A stretch of 62,284 nucleotides of DNA, the filler included. It is 12 parts of 12 records of this genome, joined end to end, with 100 filler letters (N's around TTAATTAATTAA, not from the genome) between each part and the next. Parts side by side here need not be neighbours in the genome. Positions count along the whole stretch, not along the records: positions 1 to 11,286 come from SRR15195285_3643; positions 11,387 to 19,205 come from SRR15195285_3647; 10 more parts are not named here. The stretch is one strand, 5' to 3'. Made by a program: the position numbers and the translations under genes. Positions within the stretch are counted from its first letter, which is position 1; each line of letters starts with the position of its first letter. Below the pieces are notes generated by a model. That model saw only the letters and a program-made list of their open reading frames with translations, did not search any database and was not told the DNA's origin. Below, in pieces: positions 1 through 11,387 of this stretch.

Positions 1-704
1 GGTGATCTCGGGGAGTATTTGAGGAATGTGCCGATCGGGGTGAACATTACTAGGAATTCCTACAATTTTACACAGAAAGCCAAACAAAGTATTCCTGCCC
101 CAGTATGGGGCGTGCCGCGGCACCTCCCTATCATCTGATAGGGTCCGGGCGCATCTGACTTCGGCTACGCCAGGGGGGTCAGATGCGCCTAGCAGGTCCG
201 TAGCCTAATCGGCCGAGACCACCCTATGCTGTTACCTACACCACTTCTCCCCGCCCAAGCGCCATTGCTTCGTAATGCGCGTGAGTAGAGGCCTTCGTCC
301 ACCCAGTCGTATCTATTATCCATTCCTAACCTAGCCGCACACTCGCCGTCACCTTCGCGCGCCATCTTCGCGGTCATTCGTCGGGTCGTCAGCCAAGCTT
401 TGGCTTCACTAGAGCGGCAGTTGCTATCTCCCCACGTCGCAGCGTGGCTAGCGTTAGCCATGTGTCCGTGCGCGTGGGGGCCTTATGCCCGCGAACACAC
501 TAAGCATACGCAGGCTGGTGCTCGCGCCTATGTGTAGAATCGCGTGGGCATACTCGCAGTCGCGATTAGTTTGCGGAAGAAGCGCCTCGGAAGAATAAAA
601 TTGGATTGATTTCAGCTGCGGCAATGGTGGTGGCTATCGTGCAGGTGACACACTCGTTCCGTTATTGTTTGTCCTGCGCCACCCATTTTGGAACTCAATC
701 TGAC

Positions 705-3700
705 TCAGGGTTTCGATTTCCCGAACAGAAGCAACGCGTACATCAGATTGCCGTGACGAACAGTTCCAGCTCCGTCTGTGCCTTGTTCACCGTATGGCAA
801 GATGCCCATGAACGGCTTTCCATTCAGGCCCGACGACAAGTTCTTGGCAACACCATCAATCTCATCGCGGATTTGCATGCTGCAGCCAGCACAATAGAAA
901 GCCAACGCTCCTTGCAACGTCTCACAGAATGTGCTGACAGGTGGGGCATCTGTGGCACTCTCCACAAGCTCGACAAGATCTCTTCTCGAAGTTTTCATGA
1001 GAGTAAGCCTTTGCCCTTCGTGGACGTCCGCAAAGAGCCGGATACCTCCGTTCTCAGTGACTAAATGAGGATGCATCAACTGAAAAAACGGTTTACTGGT
1101 CTCGCCTTCCTCTAACGGCGCTGCGTGTGTCCCGAGTGGACGGCAGGTAGACAAAGTGAAGAGCCGCTCGCCAATTGTGGTGGTTTCTTCTTGCATCAAG
1201 CTCTGCAGCAGTTCTACTTGATTGCGATCACTTGGTTGCTGACCGCCCGTGCTTTTGTCGCCAGGATCGTCAGCATCTGCTTTGATCCAATCCCCATAGA
1301 CTGCACTTGCAGGATGGCCATCAATCTCGACGATCTCTCGATCTGCCGCCTTTGTGACAGTCCCACTGTGCGCACTAGGCTCGTAGCACGAACTGAAGAC
1401 TGTCGCTACTTCTACACTTGTCCACAGCATGCAAATCGAGACTCCGTCGTTGCTTACGTTGATCCGCTCCCTGTGTGCAGATGCTACCCACCAACCACAG
1501 CTGGAAATATCACCTGCTGCGGAGCCTCCAATGATCGGCACACCTTGCACAACTTCAGCAACGCCAGCCAACACTTGCTCTTCATGGCCGGGTGTCCCGT
1601 TGATTATCACAACATCTGGTTGGTCGGCCCGCAACCCATCCTGCATTGCTTGTTTTGCTGCGTCTCGGCCGGCCTGCAACGCCTCACCTTGACCCTGACT
1701 TACACCCTCAGCATAACCCAGTCCGATACGTCCCCGAGGATCTGATATACCGAGCAACCCAAATGTGCACAGTCCTGAATTGCAGATGGCCCCAGTAATG
1801 GATGACACGGCCTGTATGCGCGCATCCGGTGCCATCAGCTGGAGACTTTGTATGGCCGTCGCAGGGTCGATGCCTTGTGATGCTGAGACCAGCATCAGCT
1901 GTGGCATCCGGCCAGACCGAGCCACCAACTCCCCGTACGCGTCTTGTGCGCACTTGACAGAGTTATCCTCACCTTTTGCTGTGCCATTGCAAACGCAGAA
2001 ACTTGTGCGATCAACTTTCGGCACGTGAGGAGCTGGTGCCGGTGCGACTTGAGACAGCGTTGTTTTCGATGTGGTTCTTGCTAGTCCTGTGCTATCCATG
2101 GTCCGCCGAACGAAATGAAAATTCGTTCGCTCAGGTTGTTTTTGTGTGTGGGTGCCAACATTTGCAAGCATCGGTCCCAGCAGTGTACCGATGGACATTG
2201 CGCCAGAGTCACGCACCACAGTGTAATGATCGCCTTGATAAATTTGTAGAGACACGTGTAACACGAGTGAAGGGGAGCTAGAACTGACCAAACCCCACCC
2301 AAAGTCTCGACGTGCATGCCCTGGATATGCTTGCAAATGTTCGTTGGTCTCAGAGGCACGGAGGAGATGCAACAGCACCCTTCCTGAGGTACCGTCATCC
2401 ACCACTGGACGATATGTTGCCAACGCTCGCAGGTTGCGTTGATAGATACTGAACATGTCAGAGAACTCGGTTAAGGATAGCTCCACAGGCAGAGCCAGGA
2501 GTTGCTGCAATGCATTCAGCATGTCCTGTTGAGGCTCAGCTGACTGAGCAAGCTGCGTTGCAGAGGGTAGCTGACCTGTGTGATCAAGAGACGTGAGGTC
2601 ATTGGCGAACTGCAACAATGCAACTGCTTTGTCTTCAATCAGGCGTATTCCCTGTGCTGGCGCTGGGCTGTCCACAAGAATAATGCTTGCCAATCGTTTC
2701 CCCATCTTGCGCAACTGAAGCAGCATCTCGAAAGCCAAAACGCCACCCATTGACCATCCACCAACAGAAAAATGATTTCTTCGTCCCTCAGGCAGCGTTT
2801 CAAGGTGCTCGAGTACAGCTTTGACAAGGACGGTGGCAATATTCTCTATTGAAGCTTGCTCAACATCTCGGCAAACCTGCGCATGAGAAAGTGCAATAAT
2901 TGGTTGCTCTGCGCCGATGGCGTCAGCAAGTTTTCTGTAGCAGAGAGAGATACCTGATACTGGGGCGACAAAAAACAAAGGTGGCATCGACCCAGTTGGA
3001 TTCAGTGCCACCACCTCGGCACTTAGTGCAGAGGTCAGCTCTTCCAGTGTGTCCGTTTTCTGCAGCCACGACGCAAGAGCTGCAATTGACGAGCACCCAG
3101 CCAGCACGTCGATAGGGATACTTCGGCCGAACTCATCCTTGACTTTATACGCCATTCGAAGCAGCATGATGCTGCTGCCTCCGATGTCCAGAAATGATTC
3201 CATCACGCCAAACCCCGAAAATCCAAGAACAGCCTCCCAAACGTGGTACAGGCGAGTCTCTGTGTCATCACGTGGTTCAATGTGTTGCAGGGCAGCGGCA
3301 CCTCCGGGTTGCAGTTGCTGGTGCTCTATATACTCGACAAGGTTTTGCTTCAGAGCTTGCCGATCGACTTTTCCGCTAACGCTCATAGGAAATTCTTTTA
3401 ATAGGATCATGTACTTCGGGATCGCGTAGCTTGGCACTCGGCTCTTGAGACCAGTCTGCACAGAGTCGAGCACTTCAGTCTTCTTTGTCTCGTCTGAGGC
3501 GGCCTCTGGATGTGTGCAGACTATGAATGCAGCAAGCTGTTGCATTCCTTTCTCGCCCACAGGCATTGCAAGAGCGCTCTTTACGACATCATCAACGGCG
3601 TTGATCGCGGCTTCCACCTCGCCGATTTCAACACGAAAGCCATTGATCTTCACCTGAAAGTCAATCCTCCCAAGTATCTCGACGTCACCACTCGGGTAAT

Positions 3701-6700
3701 AACGACCGAGGTCACCTGTGCGATAAATGCGTTGGTCCAAGGCTACACTATGCACGAATGCCTTGCGTGTTTTTGCTTCGTCACCCCAGTAGCCTCGAGC
3801 CAACCCGTCACCTGCGATGCAGATTTCTCCATGGACTAGATCTTGCACTGGTTGCAAATCTTCATCGAGGACGTACAGCTTTTGATTACCCAACGCGCGA
3901 CCATACGGAATGCTCTTCCAGTGCTGATGAACGTCGTCAATTCGATAATAGCAGCTCCAGATTGAAGCTTCAGTCGCGCCACCTAGGGAACAGACCAAGA
4001 GATCTGGTTCGGATAGCAGCTGTTTCAGCGTCGTTGGCATAGTCAACGGAATAAAATCGCCACTCAACAGGATGAGACGCAGAGGTAAACTCTTAAAACG
4101 CTCGCGGGCTTCATATGACGAGGCAACGTAATCGAGCAGCATTGTCATGACAGGAGGAGCTGTGTTCCAGACCGTAATGCCATGCGTCTCAAGCAGGTGA
4201 AGCCAGTGCTCTGGGTCTCCTTTGCGCTGATGATCGGGCATTACCAGTGTACCACCAATGGCCATCACGCCAAATATATCGTATACTGATAGGTCGAAAC
4301 TGAGAGCAGCCAAAGAGAGTACTTTGTCTTTGGCTGTGACTCGAAACCGCTCATTCATGTCTTGGCACGTGTTGCTTCCACCACTGTGGGGTATCATGAC
4401 TCCTGCACACACGTATTAATCCAGCGGACGTCAAAACAGCTGAACACGTCTTGTATTGCTCCAGTGCAAGTGCAAGCACCGAAAACTGGCGCGGGATGAT
4501 TCAGAGTGAAGCTCACCTTTTGGTGTCCCGGTCGAACCGCTGGTGAAAATGATGTATGCCAGGTCATTCAGGTGCACCTCGCCTTCGTTATCTGCAACAG
4601 CTGGTGAATGTGCTTCACCGGCATCTTCGGCAACTTCAATCATGCGCACAGTACTCTGGCGACCGTTGCAGGAGAGTGATTCACTCAACTCCTCGATGTC
4701 AACCCGACCATCGTGTAGGAGAACTATCGCGCTGATGTCTGCAAGGATGCCAGCTATTCTGTCTGGGGGCTGGTTGGCAGAAATAGGAACGTAAGGGCAG
4801 CCCGCAAGCTGCACAGCTAATACACCCACAACCTGCTGCCAGCCCTTCTTCATGTATACTGGGACTGGACGTTTTGTTGGCGGAGCTTCATCGGACTGCC
4901 CAGCACTCACAATCGCAGCAGCGAACAACCGGGCTAATCGTAATATCCTCTCAAACGTGAAAGTCTGATCTGTGGCCGCATCATATACTGCAATAGCGTG
5001 TGGTGTTGCGAGCGCCTGCAGTAGGATAGGCTGGTGCATAAGAAGCGGTTTGACGTTTTGGTTGACAGCCCTCGCATTGAGATGATGCACCATCTGCTCT
5101 TGACTGGGTTTAAGAATCGGCCGATTACCGAGCACTCGGTGATGCGATGGGCCGTCAGCTACTTGAGCGATTTCCTCCAGCATATCGCAGAACGCGTGGA
5201 ACATTGTGATGATGAGCCCGTCTGGAAAAACGTTCGCCTTAAAATCCCAGTTGAAAAAGAATGACCCATCAACGTCATTAAACACTTGGACATCAAGCCA
5301 CACTTGAGGTGTCGTCAATGCTGCGTGTGCAGGCGTCTTCCCAAACCAAGTGAACGGATTCGTCTTGTCTGCTGGCTCTTGGTTTAGCACACTAGCAAAT
5401 ACAAAGGGTGCAACGGCGCGACCCATCGTATTGTCACGCTTATTCAGCCGAGCCATAGTGTCAGTGCCCGATGTACAAACGCTGTGATCCATACAGCTCA
5501 GGACCGTCGCTTGAAGAGTCTTGGCCAGAGTGCGCAGTGATGGAGCCGCTTTGAGACTTACGTCCACTGGGACAAGCATCGTGGAAGATAGATTCCCCAC
5601 CAGCTCTGAGACTCCAGCGTGCAGACTAGTGTCCCGGGAAAACAGTGCTGCATTCATTGTAAACTTTTTTGTTGAGGACCATGACGCAATAACAGAAATG
5701 TAACATGCAAAGACAAGGGAAGATTCGGTAAGACCCTCAGCACTGCATAGCTTGCAAATTCGCTTCCACTTGTTCAGACCAAGCGATGATGACAGACGTG
5801 AGATGTGGCCATGTCTAGAATCTTGGTCTACCGCAAGTGGTACCTGCGGATGTGGGTGCAAGCCACCGTTTTCTGGGTCTTGGTCGCACAATGCACCCCA
5901 GAATTCATCCTCTCGGCGTTTCTGCTCCGCGTCCTTCCGACGCTGTGTGTCCAAGGCGACATAGTGCGGCAATGATAATGCGAAGTTGGCCAACTGAGTC
6001 GTCTCACCGTACCTATATAGCTGCCACAAGTCGTCCATCAGAACTGTTAGAGACCTGGCGTCAACAACCATTAGGTCGAAGAGGAAAAAGATGCGTGTGT
6101 GACCGCCAGGTTGGCGCAGCGCTTCGATTTGAAACGGCCTTTGGCCAAGCCCAACATGTGATAGAAGAACATTCCTCAGCTCTACAGTAGCTTCATCAGT
6201 ATTGCCGTTGGTAATAGTGAGCCTAAACTTGCTTATATTGACTGCTGGTTCAATCTGCTGCTTGCCGTCTGGCAACACGAATGTACGCAAAGAACCGTGG
6301 CGTTCGACCAGGACATTGACAGCTGTTTCGAATCGAACACTGTCAAGCTGTTGCAAGATTGTTTCCCATTCTATCCACGCTGGCTGGGGAGAGCCATTTA
6401 ATGGCGACCGCCCAGTCCAGTACAGCTGCTGCATTGGTAGCAGTTCAAATGGAGCGCTTTCATCAATGTGGTGCGTAGAGGCCTCTGAGGACTCGCCTTC
6501 ACCTAGCTGTGGCGACAGTCCGGCAGAAGACGCAAGTCTACCTGCAACGATTTCGTTGCAGAGTGAAGTTATGGTGTGGTCTATCAGAGTGTTTAGTGGT
6601 ACTAGAATGCCAATCGTGTCCCGGAGTTTCTGCCGGAAGCGTATCAGAGACAGCGAGTCGAACGAAAGATTGCCCAACGGGATTTCATCAGACACATCTT

Positions 6701-9700
6701 CTCGAGGCAAACCCAGGATCCCCGCAATTTCATTGGACAAAGCTGGCATGAGGTAAGTCAATAGGGTCGATGCCCACGTTTCACGGCTGAGTCCCACTGA
6801 TGCCTTCGGACCTACCAGCACAGGAGACCTTTCGACTGCGAGGAAGCTATCATGTAGCGTCCGAGGGAGTGCGCTATCGCTAGCATCGGAGTCAGACACT
6901 GGATCCACTGGTTGTCGCGCTAAGTTTTCAGCGACATCCCAACACACAGGTGCATCGCCCTCCTGCATTTCGGGCAGCTGCAACTTCGCAGCAAGACCAA
7001 TTCTTGCTGGCTTGCCCGTTGAGCCTTTTGGGATCGCACTCATAAGAATCATTGTCTCCGGCAACCACTGTGCTTGCAGACCTTGCTTCAATGCAAATGA
7101 GCGGAGTTTCTCCAGTTCAAGAATATTGCTTGGATGCAACACAACTGCTGCACCTACAACTTCGCCAAGCATCTTATGAGGCATAGCAAAGCAAATCATC
7201 TCCCGAATTGCTGGATGAGTGATCAGCACATCCTCGACCTCCATTGGTGAGATCTTCTCACCTCCACGATTGATGATTTCTTTGAACCTGCCTGAGAGGA
7301 CCAAATGACCGTCTGGGTCGACGAAGCCTTTGTCACCTGTGCACAAAAAGCCTTTTTCTGTGAAAGCTTTGAGGTTGGGGTCCTCCGCCATGTGACCTTT
7401 TTTTTCATACCCGCGTGTCACACATTCCCCACGAACGCAGATATGTCCTTCTTCGTTTGGACGACAGACCTCAGTGTTGATGTTGTACTCCGGGTCGCGC
7501 ATCACCACAATCTCTGGCCCACCAGAAAAACCGACAGATCGTAGTTTTCGCTGAGCGCCCTGCCTTGGATTAGTGGCGATCGGCATCGATTCTGTCATGG
7601 CGTATGTGCAGAGTACTTCTACGCCCATTACGCTCTCCATGCGTTCGCCTACAGATGGCAACAGTGCTGCGGAACAATTTCTGGCGAACTTTAAGTGATG
7701 ATATGGTGCAGCGCCGTGCTTGGCCTTATGCTCCTCTGCGAAATTCAGAATCTCCTGGTGCATTGTTGGGACAGCCGAATACCAAGTCGGCGGCGGCGAC
7801 TCTTGCAAGGCTCGAAAAAATTCTTCGCCGCCAGCAAAACCCGTTGTAGCGTATAAACTAGAGCCGGCGAGCGCCGTAACAAGCACATTTACAGATATAC
7901 CATGAATGTGAAAAAGAGGCATAATATTGATGCAAATGTCGCTCTTCGATAAGCCGAGCGTCGACGATATGCACAGCCCACCGCAGCTGATATTTCCATG
8001 CGACAGTGGAACAACCTTGGGTTTGTTTGTGGTGCCCGACGTGTGCAGTACCAGAGCAACATCATCGCGAGTCGGCCAGATGCGGCCCGTTATTTGAGGT
8101 GTAAGCCGCGCTGTGCTTGGACGCCATTGTAGCTTGAATAGACCAACATCCTCCGTGCTGGGTACCAGCTCAATGACGGGCAAATTTCCACATGAGGTCG
8201 CTACTTGTAGTATATCGTCGCTGTCCAGGAGCCCAGCCCAAACCACGATTGCCTTTGCAGGTAAATCTTCAAATTCGAACTTCAAAGCAGCTGGCGTGAG
8301 CTTCGTACTTAAGGGTGCGTACGTACAGAAAAGCGACATGCCCAAGAAACACACTGCAGCCTCTGGCCCGTTAGGGATAATAACACAGAGTCTGTCCCCT
8401 TGCGTGATGCCAAACTGGTGCAGGTTGAGATCGTCGGCAATGAAACGCTTTAAACGAGTGTAGTCAAGCGGTTTTCGGGTGCCACCGACTTCACGCAGAA
8501 AGACTCGATCCGAACTTTCTATCAGGTCGAAATGACAATTCCATGTTTGCTGCCATGCTTGCTTCGCAGTGAGCTGCTCCGGTGGTCCTTTCAACGTACC
8601 TGCTCCATCTGCAGCCACAGCAACACCTTCGAAGACTTTGGCTGAACGCTCCGTTGCAAGCTGCACAACATGCTGTGCGTCCTCGGCGATGCCACAGAGC
8701 ACGGCACTCTTCCACTTGTACATCCATGACAACCCAAGGAAAAACAGCCCAGGGTGGTGAGTTGCCGCACCTCGCTCTTGTACTGGGTAATTATGTTCAC
8801 CGTACAGATCTGGCAGGTCAAGTAATGCTTGGAAGTTCAGCTGGTATCCAGTGCAATGAATGACAGTGCTGATTCCTTCCTCCCGTAGTGACAGTTCCTG
8901 AATTGGACTAAGTTCACAACTTGGCACAGGGATGTCGGGCTCCAGCTCGAGCGGGTCCAGATTTGAAAGTTCCGGGTCATCGACACTATGCTTTTGCACG
9001 TACTGCTCAATAAAGAGCTGCATCCGCTGCACATTGCTTTCGATACGGGTCATATTCAGCTGTAGCGTTGAAGACTCAAGCTGTAGCGAGTCTGCGTCTG
9101 CGATACCTTTAGCTTTGCCAAGCAATGTGAGATCATACTTGTGGCATAGATCCCGCAGGCTCACATCTCGCCCGGGACACTGGCTTGGATTTGGACCAAA
9201 GCGTTTAGCGTTCTGCGCGTCTGACGGGAGATCGTCGATCTTGGTATCGTACAAACCGGTCTTGTGCAGCCACCAGGTGAAGTCTTTGCCGCGCACTTTC
9301 CGTGGGACGCGTAGGGACCGAGATCCAACGCAAACGAAGACACGGCGCCCTGCCTCCGCGAGCTCAGTGGTGATTTGTGTCCCGGACTGTCCTGTGCCCA
9401 CCACCAACACAGCCCCTTCTGGGATATCGCTCTCACGCTTGTAGTCACTGGAGTGAAGCTGCTGAATCTGCGGCGCAAGGTCTTTGGAAAACGGTGCAAA
9501 TTTGGGGACATGGAACCCCGAACATGCCATTACGACATTTCTGGACCGGATCCACTTGCCCGCTGTTGTCTGCACTACCCATGCCCCTTGCCAGCCTTTC
9601 GTGACTGCTTGTGCTCCTTGTCCTAGCCGCACTTCGAGATTTTTTGCTTGGCAAAATGCTTGCAGGTATTCTGTGATCTTGTCACGGCGCATGAACCCAC

Positions 9701-10952
9701 ACGGGTCCTCCCCAATTTCCGTGCAAGGGAAGTCGGGCATCATGCACATCGAGTTTTCTGTAACTAGACGAAACGAATCCCAGCGTTTTGCCGTCCATGA
9801 GGTGCCGACTGCATCGGCCTTCTCCAGAACGACGTAGCTCGAACCGGCTTCCTGCAAATAATATGCCGCGCAAAGTCCTGCCTGGCCTGCACCAACGACA
9901 ACTGTTTCTGCATCTTCAACCTCCATTGTCCGCCTTGCAGTGGCCCATCGCTTTGGGTGCATCTGCAGCCCACAAAACTGGTGGTCTGCGTTTATAGATA
10001 TTACGATGTCAGCAAGTCCCTTCACAGGCAAGATCCAGTCGTAGTACATGCGTCGGTAATGTCGATCGAAGACGTGCTCATAGCCTCCATGCATTTCGTA
10101 CAGATCGTAGCCGCACGCTTGAATATCACGTTGGACGCACTCGAATTTTGTGTCTAAGATCGCGTCAAAGTCGACTTCCAGAAAGATCAGGGTGTCGACC
10201 AGATGATTGAAAGGGTAAAAGTTCGGATGCTCAACTCCGATGCGCCAGCCCTCGAAGAGTACAACGTCAACCTGGCCACTGACTTCGCGGACAGTGTCTG
10301 TGCGATCGTCTAGCCCCTTGCTGAAGCACGGAACTTCAACCGTGCCATCGATCAAGCCTGACTTGAGCTTGGCCAACACAGTCTCTGCGAAGTATTCAGC
10401 GGTGGCATTCAGCTCCCAGCGGTTGGGAATTCCGAGCTCAACACGCTCCCGCTGTGATGTCAGAAAATCATCAAGGGAGACCTCTTCGCAGCGAGGTGGC
10501 GAGGGGGCAGCATCTTCCACACAGCAGCGCGAGCGAAGCAGTAGCTTGAGTACCTGTGCAAACGTACTTTTCCCACCACCTGCAGGGGCAACGATCCCCA
10601 CCACGAGTGCCTCGTTCGAGCCTGCTTCTCGGGCCGTCCGAAGTTCGTCAGTAATGTAGCCGGCGAGGTGGAGCATCATCCAGACGGTGCCATCGTCCAG
10701 ATCCAACTCCGCAAGTGGCTTGACATTGTCACCCTGGGACTTCGTTTCGCGCTCCATCAGTGACCGGACTTCTCGGATAGACTGCAGGCGTCGCTCCACA
10801 GCCTTGGCTAGTTCCTGCGGGCTCACTTTCTTGTCCAACTCGTCCGACATGGCGCGGGCCAGCGCAGCCTGCCCGTGATTTTCGCCGGCGAACGCAGCCT
10901 GGATTGCCTGATTGAGCTGGTTCGGACCACCATTCACTGCGGTCTTCATCAT
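705..10952 (-). CDS. Hybrid multidomain NRPS: kinase - flavin monooxygenase - A(acyl-CoA ligase-like) - T - Cy - A(Cys) - T - TE - FIST, about 3,377 aa; exons 10952-4517 and 4402-705
   Basis: ORFs 4431..11171 and 705..4412 join through a GT-AG intron at 4403-4516 (AAAG|gtgagc...gtgtgcag|GA), restoring the A3 motif FTSGSTGTPKG-VMIPH. Motifs in order: APAGGGKST/SLDDF/FEGW; VVGAGQAG, WDSFRLVT, VVGTGQSG; LHTSGTTNKPK, YAMTE, GRFKEIINRGGEKISP; FDSL; PFELLPMQQLYWTGR, DLMVVDARS, TPQVWLD; SFDLSVYD, GGATEASIW, YRTGDLGR, SGKVDR; GGSSI; GWSMGG, GDHY; YCAGC, YGEQG, HGNLM. The start codon (ATG 10952) is uncertain. Confidence 0.9.
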
Positions 10953-11286
10953 CTCAATCCGGCTCGGATCTATCCGGCGCTCCGCACTGCGTGGTGGCGG
11001 CGGCGGGTGCGGCTGCGGCTGTGTTCTCCTTCGTTGTCTCGGTTGCCGGCGCAGGTGCACGTTCACGCGTTGGCACACGCAGCTCAACCGCCGATGCGGG
11101 AGCGGGAGCCAGACCGGCAGTGGCACGCAGCGGCGCGCGTGTGCCTTATTGCGCTCTGACCAGCAGTCCACCGACGGGTCCTCATTCTGGCTGTCAGCGC
11201 AAAACTTGCAAGTCAGTCAAAACAACGGTAGTCAATTCGTGTTCAATGTTATTCACAGTTGTTTTGGTCAAATACGCAATGATTGT

Positions 11287-11386
11287 NNNNNNNNNNNNNN
11301 NNNNNNNNNNNNNNNNNNNNNNNNNNNNNNTTAATTAATTAANNNNNNNNNNNNNNNNNNNNNNNNNNNNNNNNNNNNNNNNNNNN
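11287..11386. other. Artificial contig-joining spacer (44 N + TTAATTAATTAA + 44 N); first of 11
   Basis: Identical 100-nt spacers with stop codons in all six frames also at 19206-19305, 24431-24530, 28675-28774, 31846-31945, 35376-35475, 39774-39873, 43463-43562, 46941-47040, 54021-54120 and 58552-58651. Confidence 0.98.
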
Positions 11387-11387
11387 G

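Noticed and set aside
189-461. 90-aa ORF on the minus strand
   Set aside because: No recognisable motif, and it overlaps a hairpin-rich, probably non-coding region.
705-10952. Bacterial contaminant contig
   Set aside because: It has a spliceosomal intron like those on the other contigs and no operon structure; coverage data would be needed to exclude mis-binning between eukaryotes.
705-11171. Two separate NRPS genes, or a frameshifted pseudogene
   Set aside because: A canonical 114-nt intron restores the frame precisely within the A3 motif.
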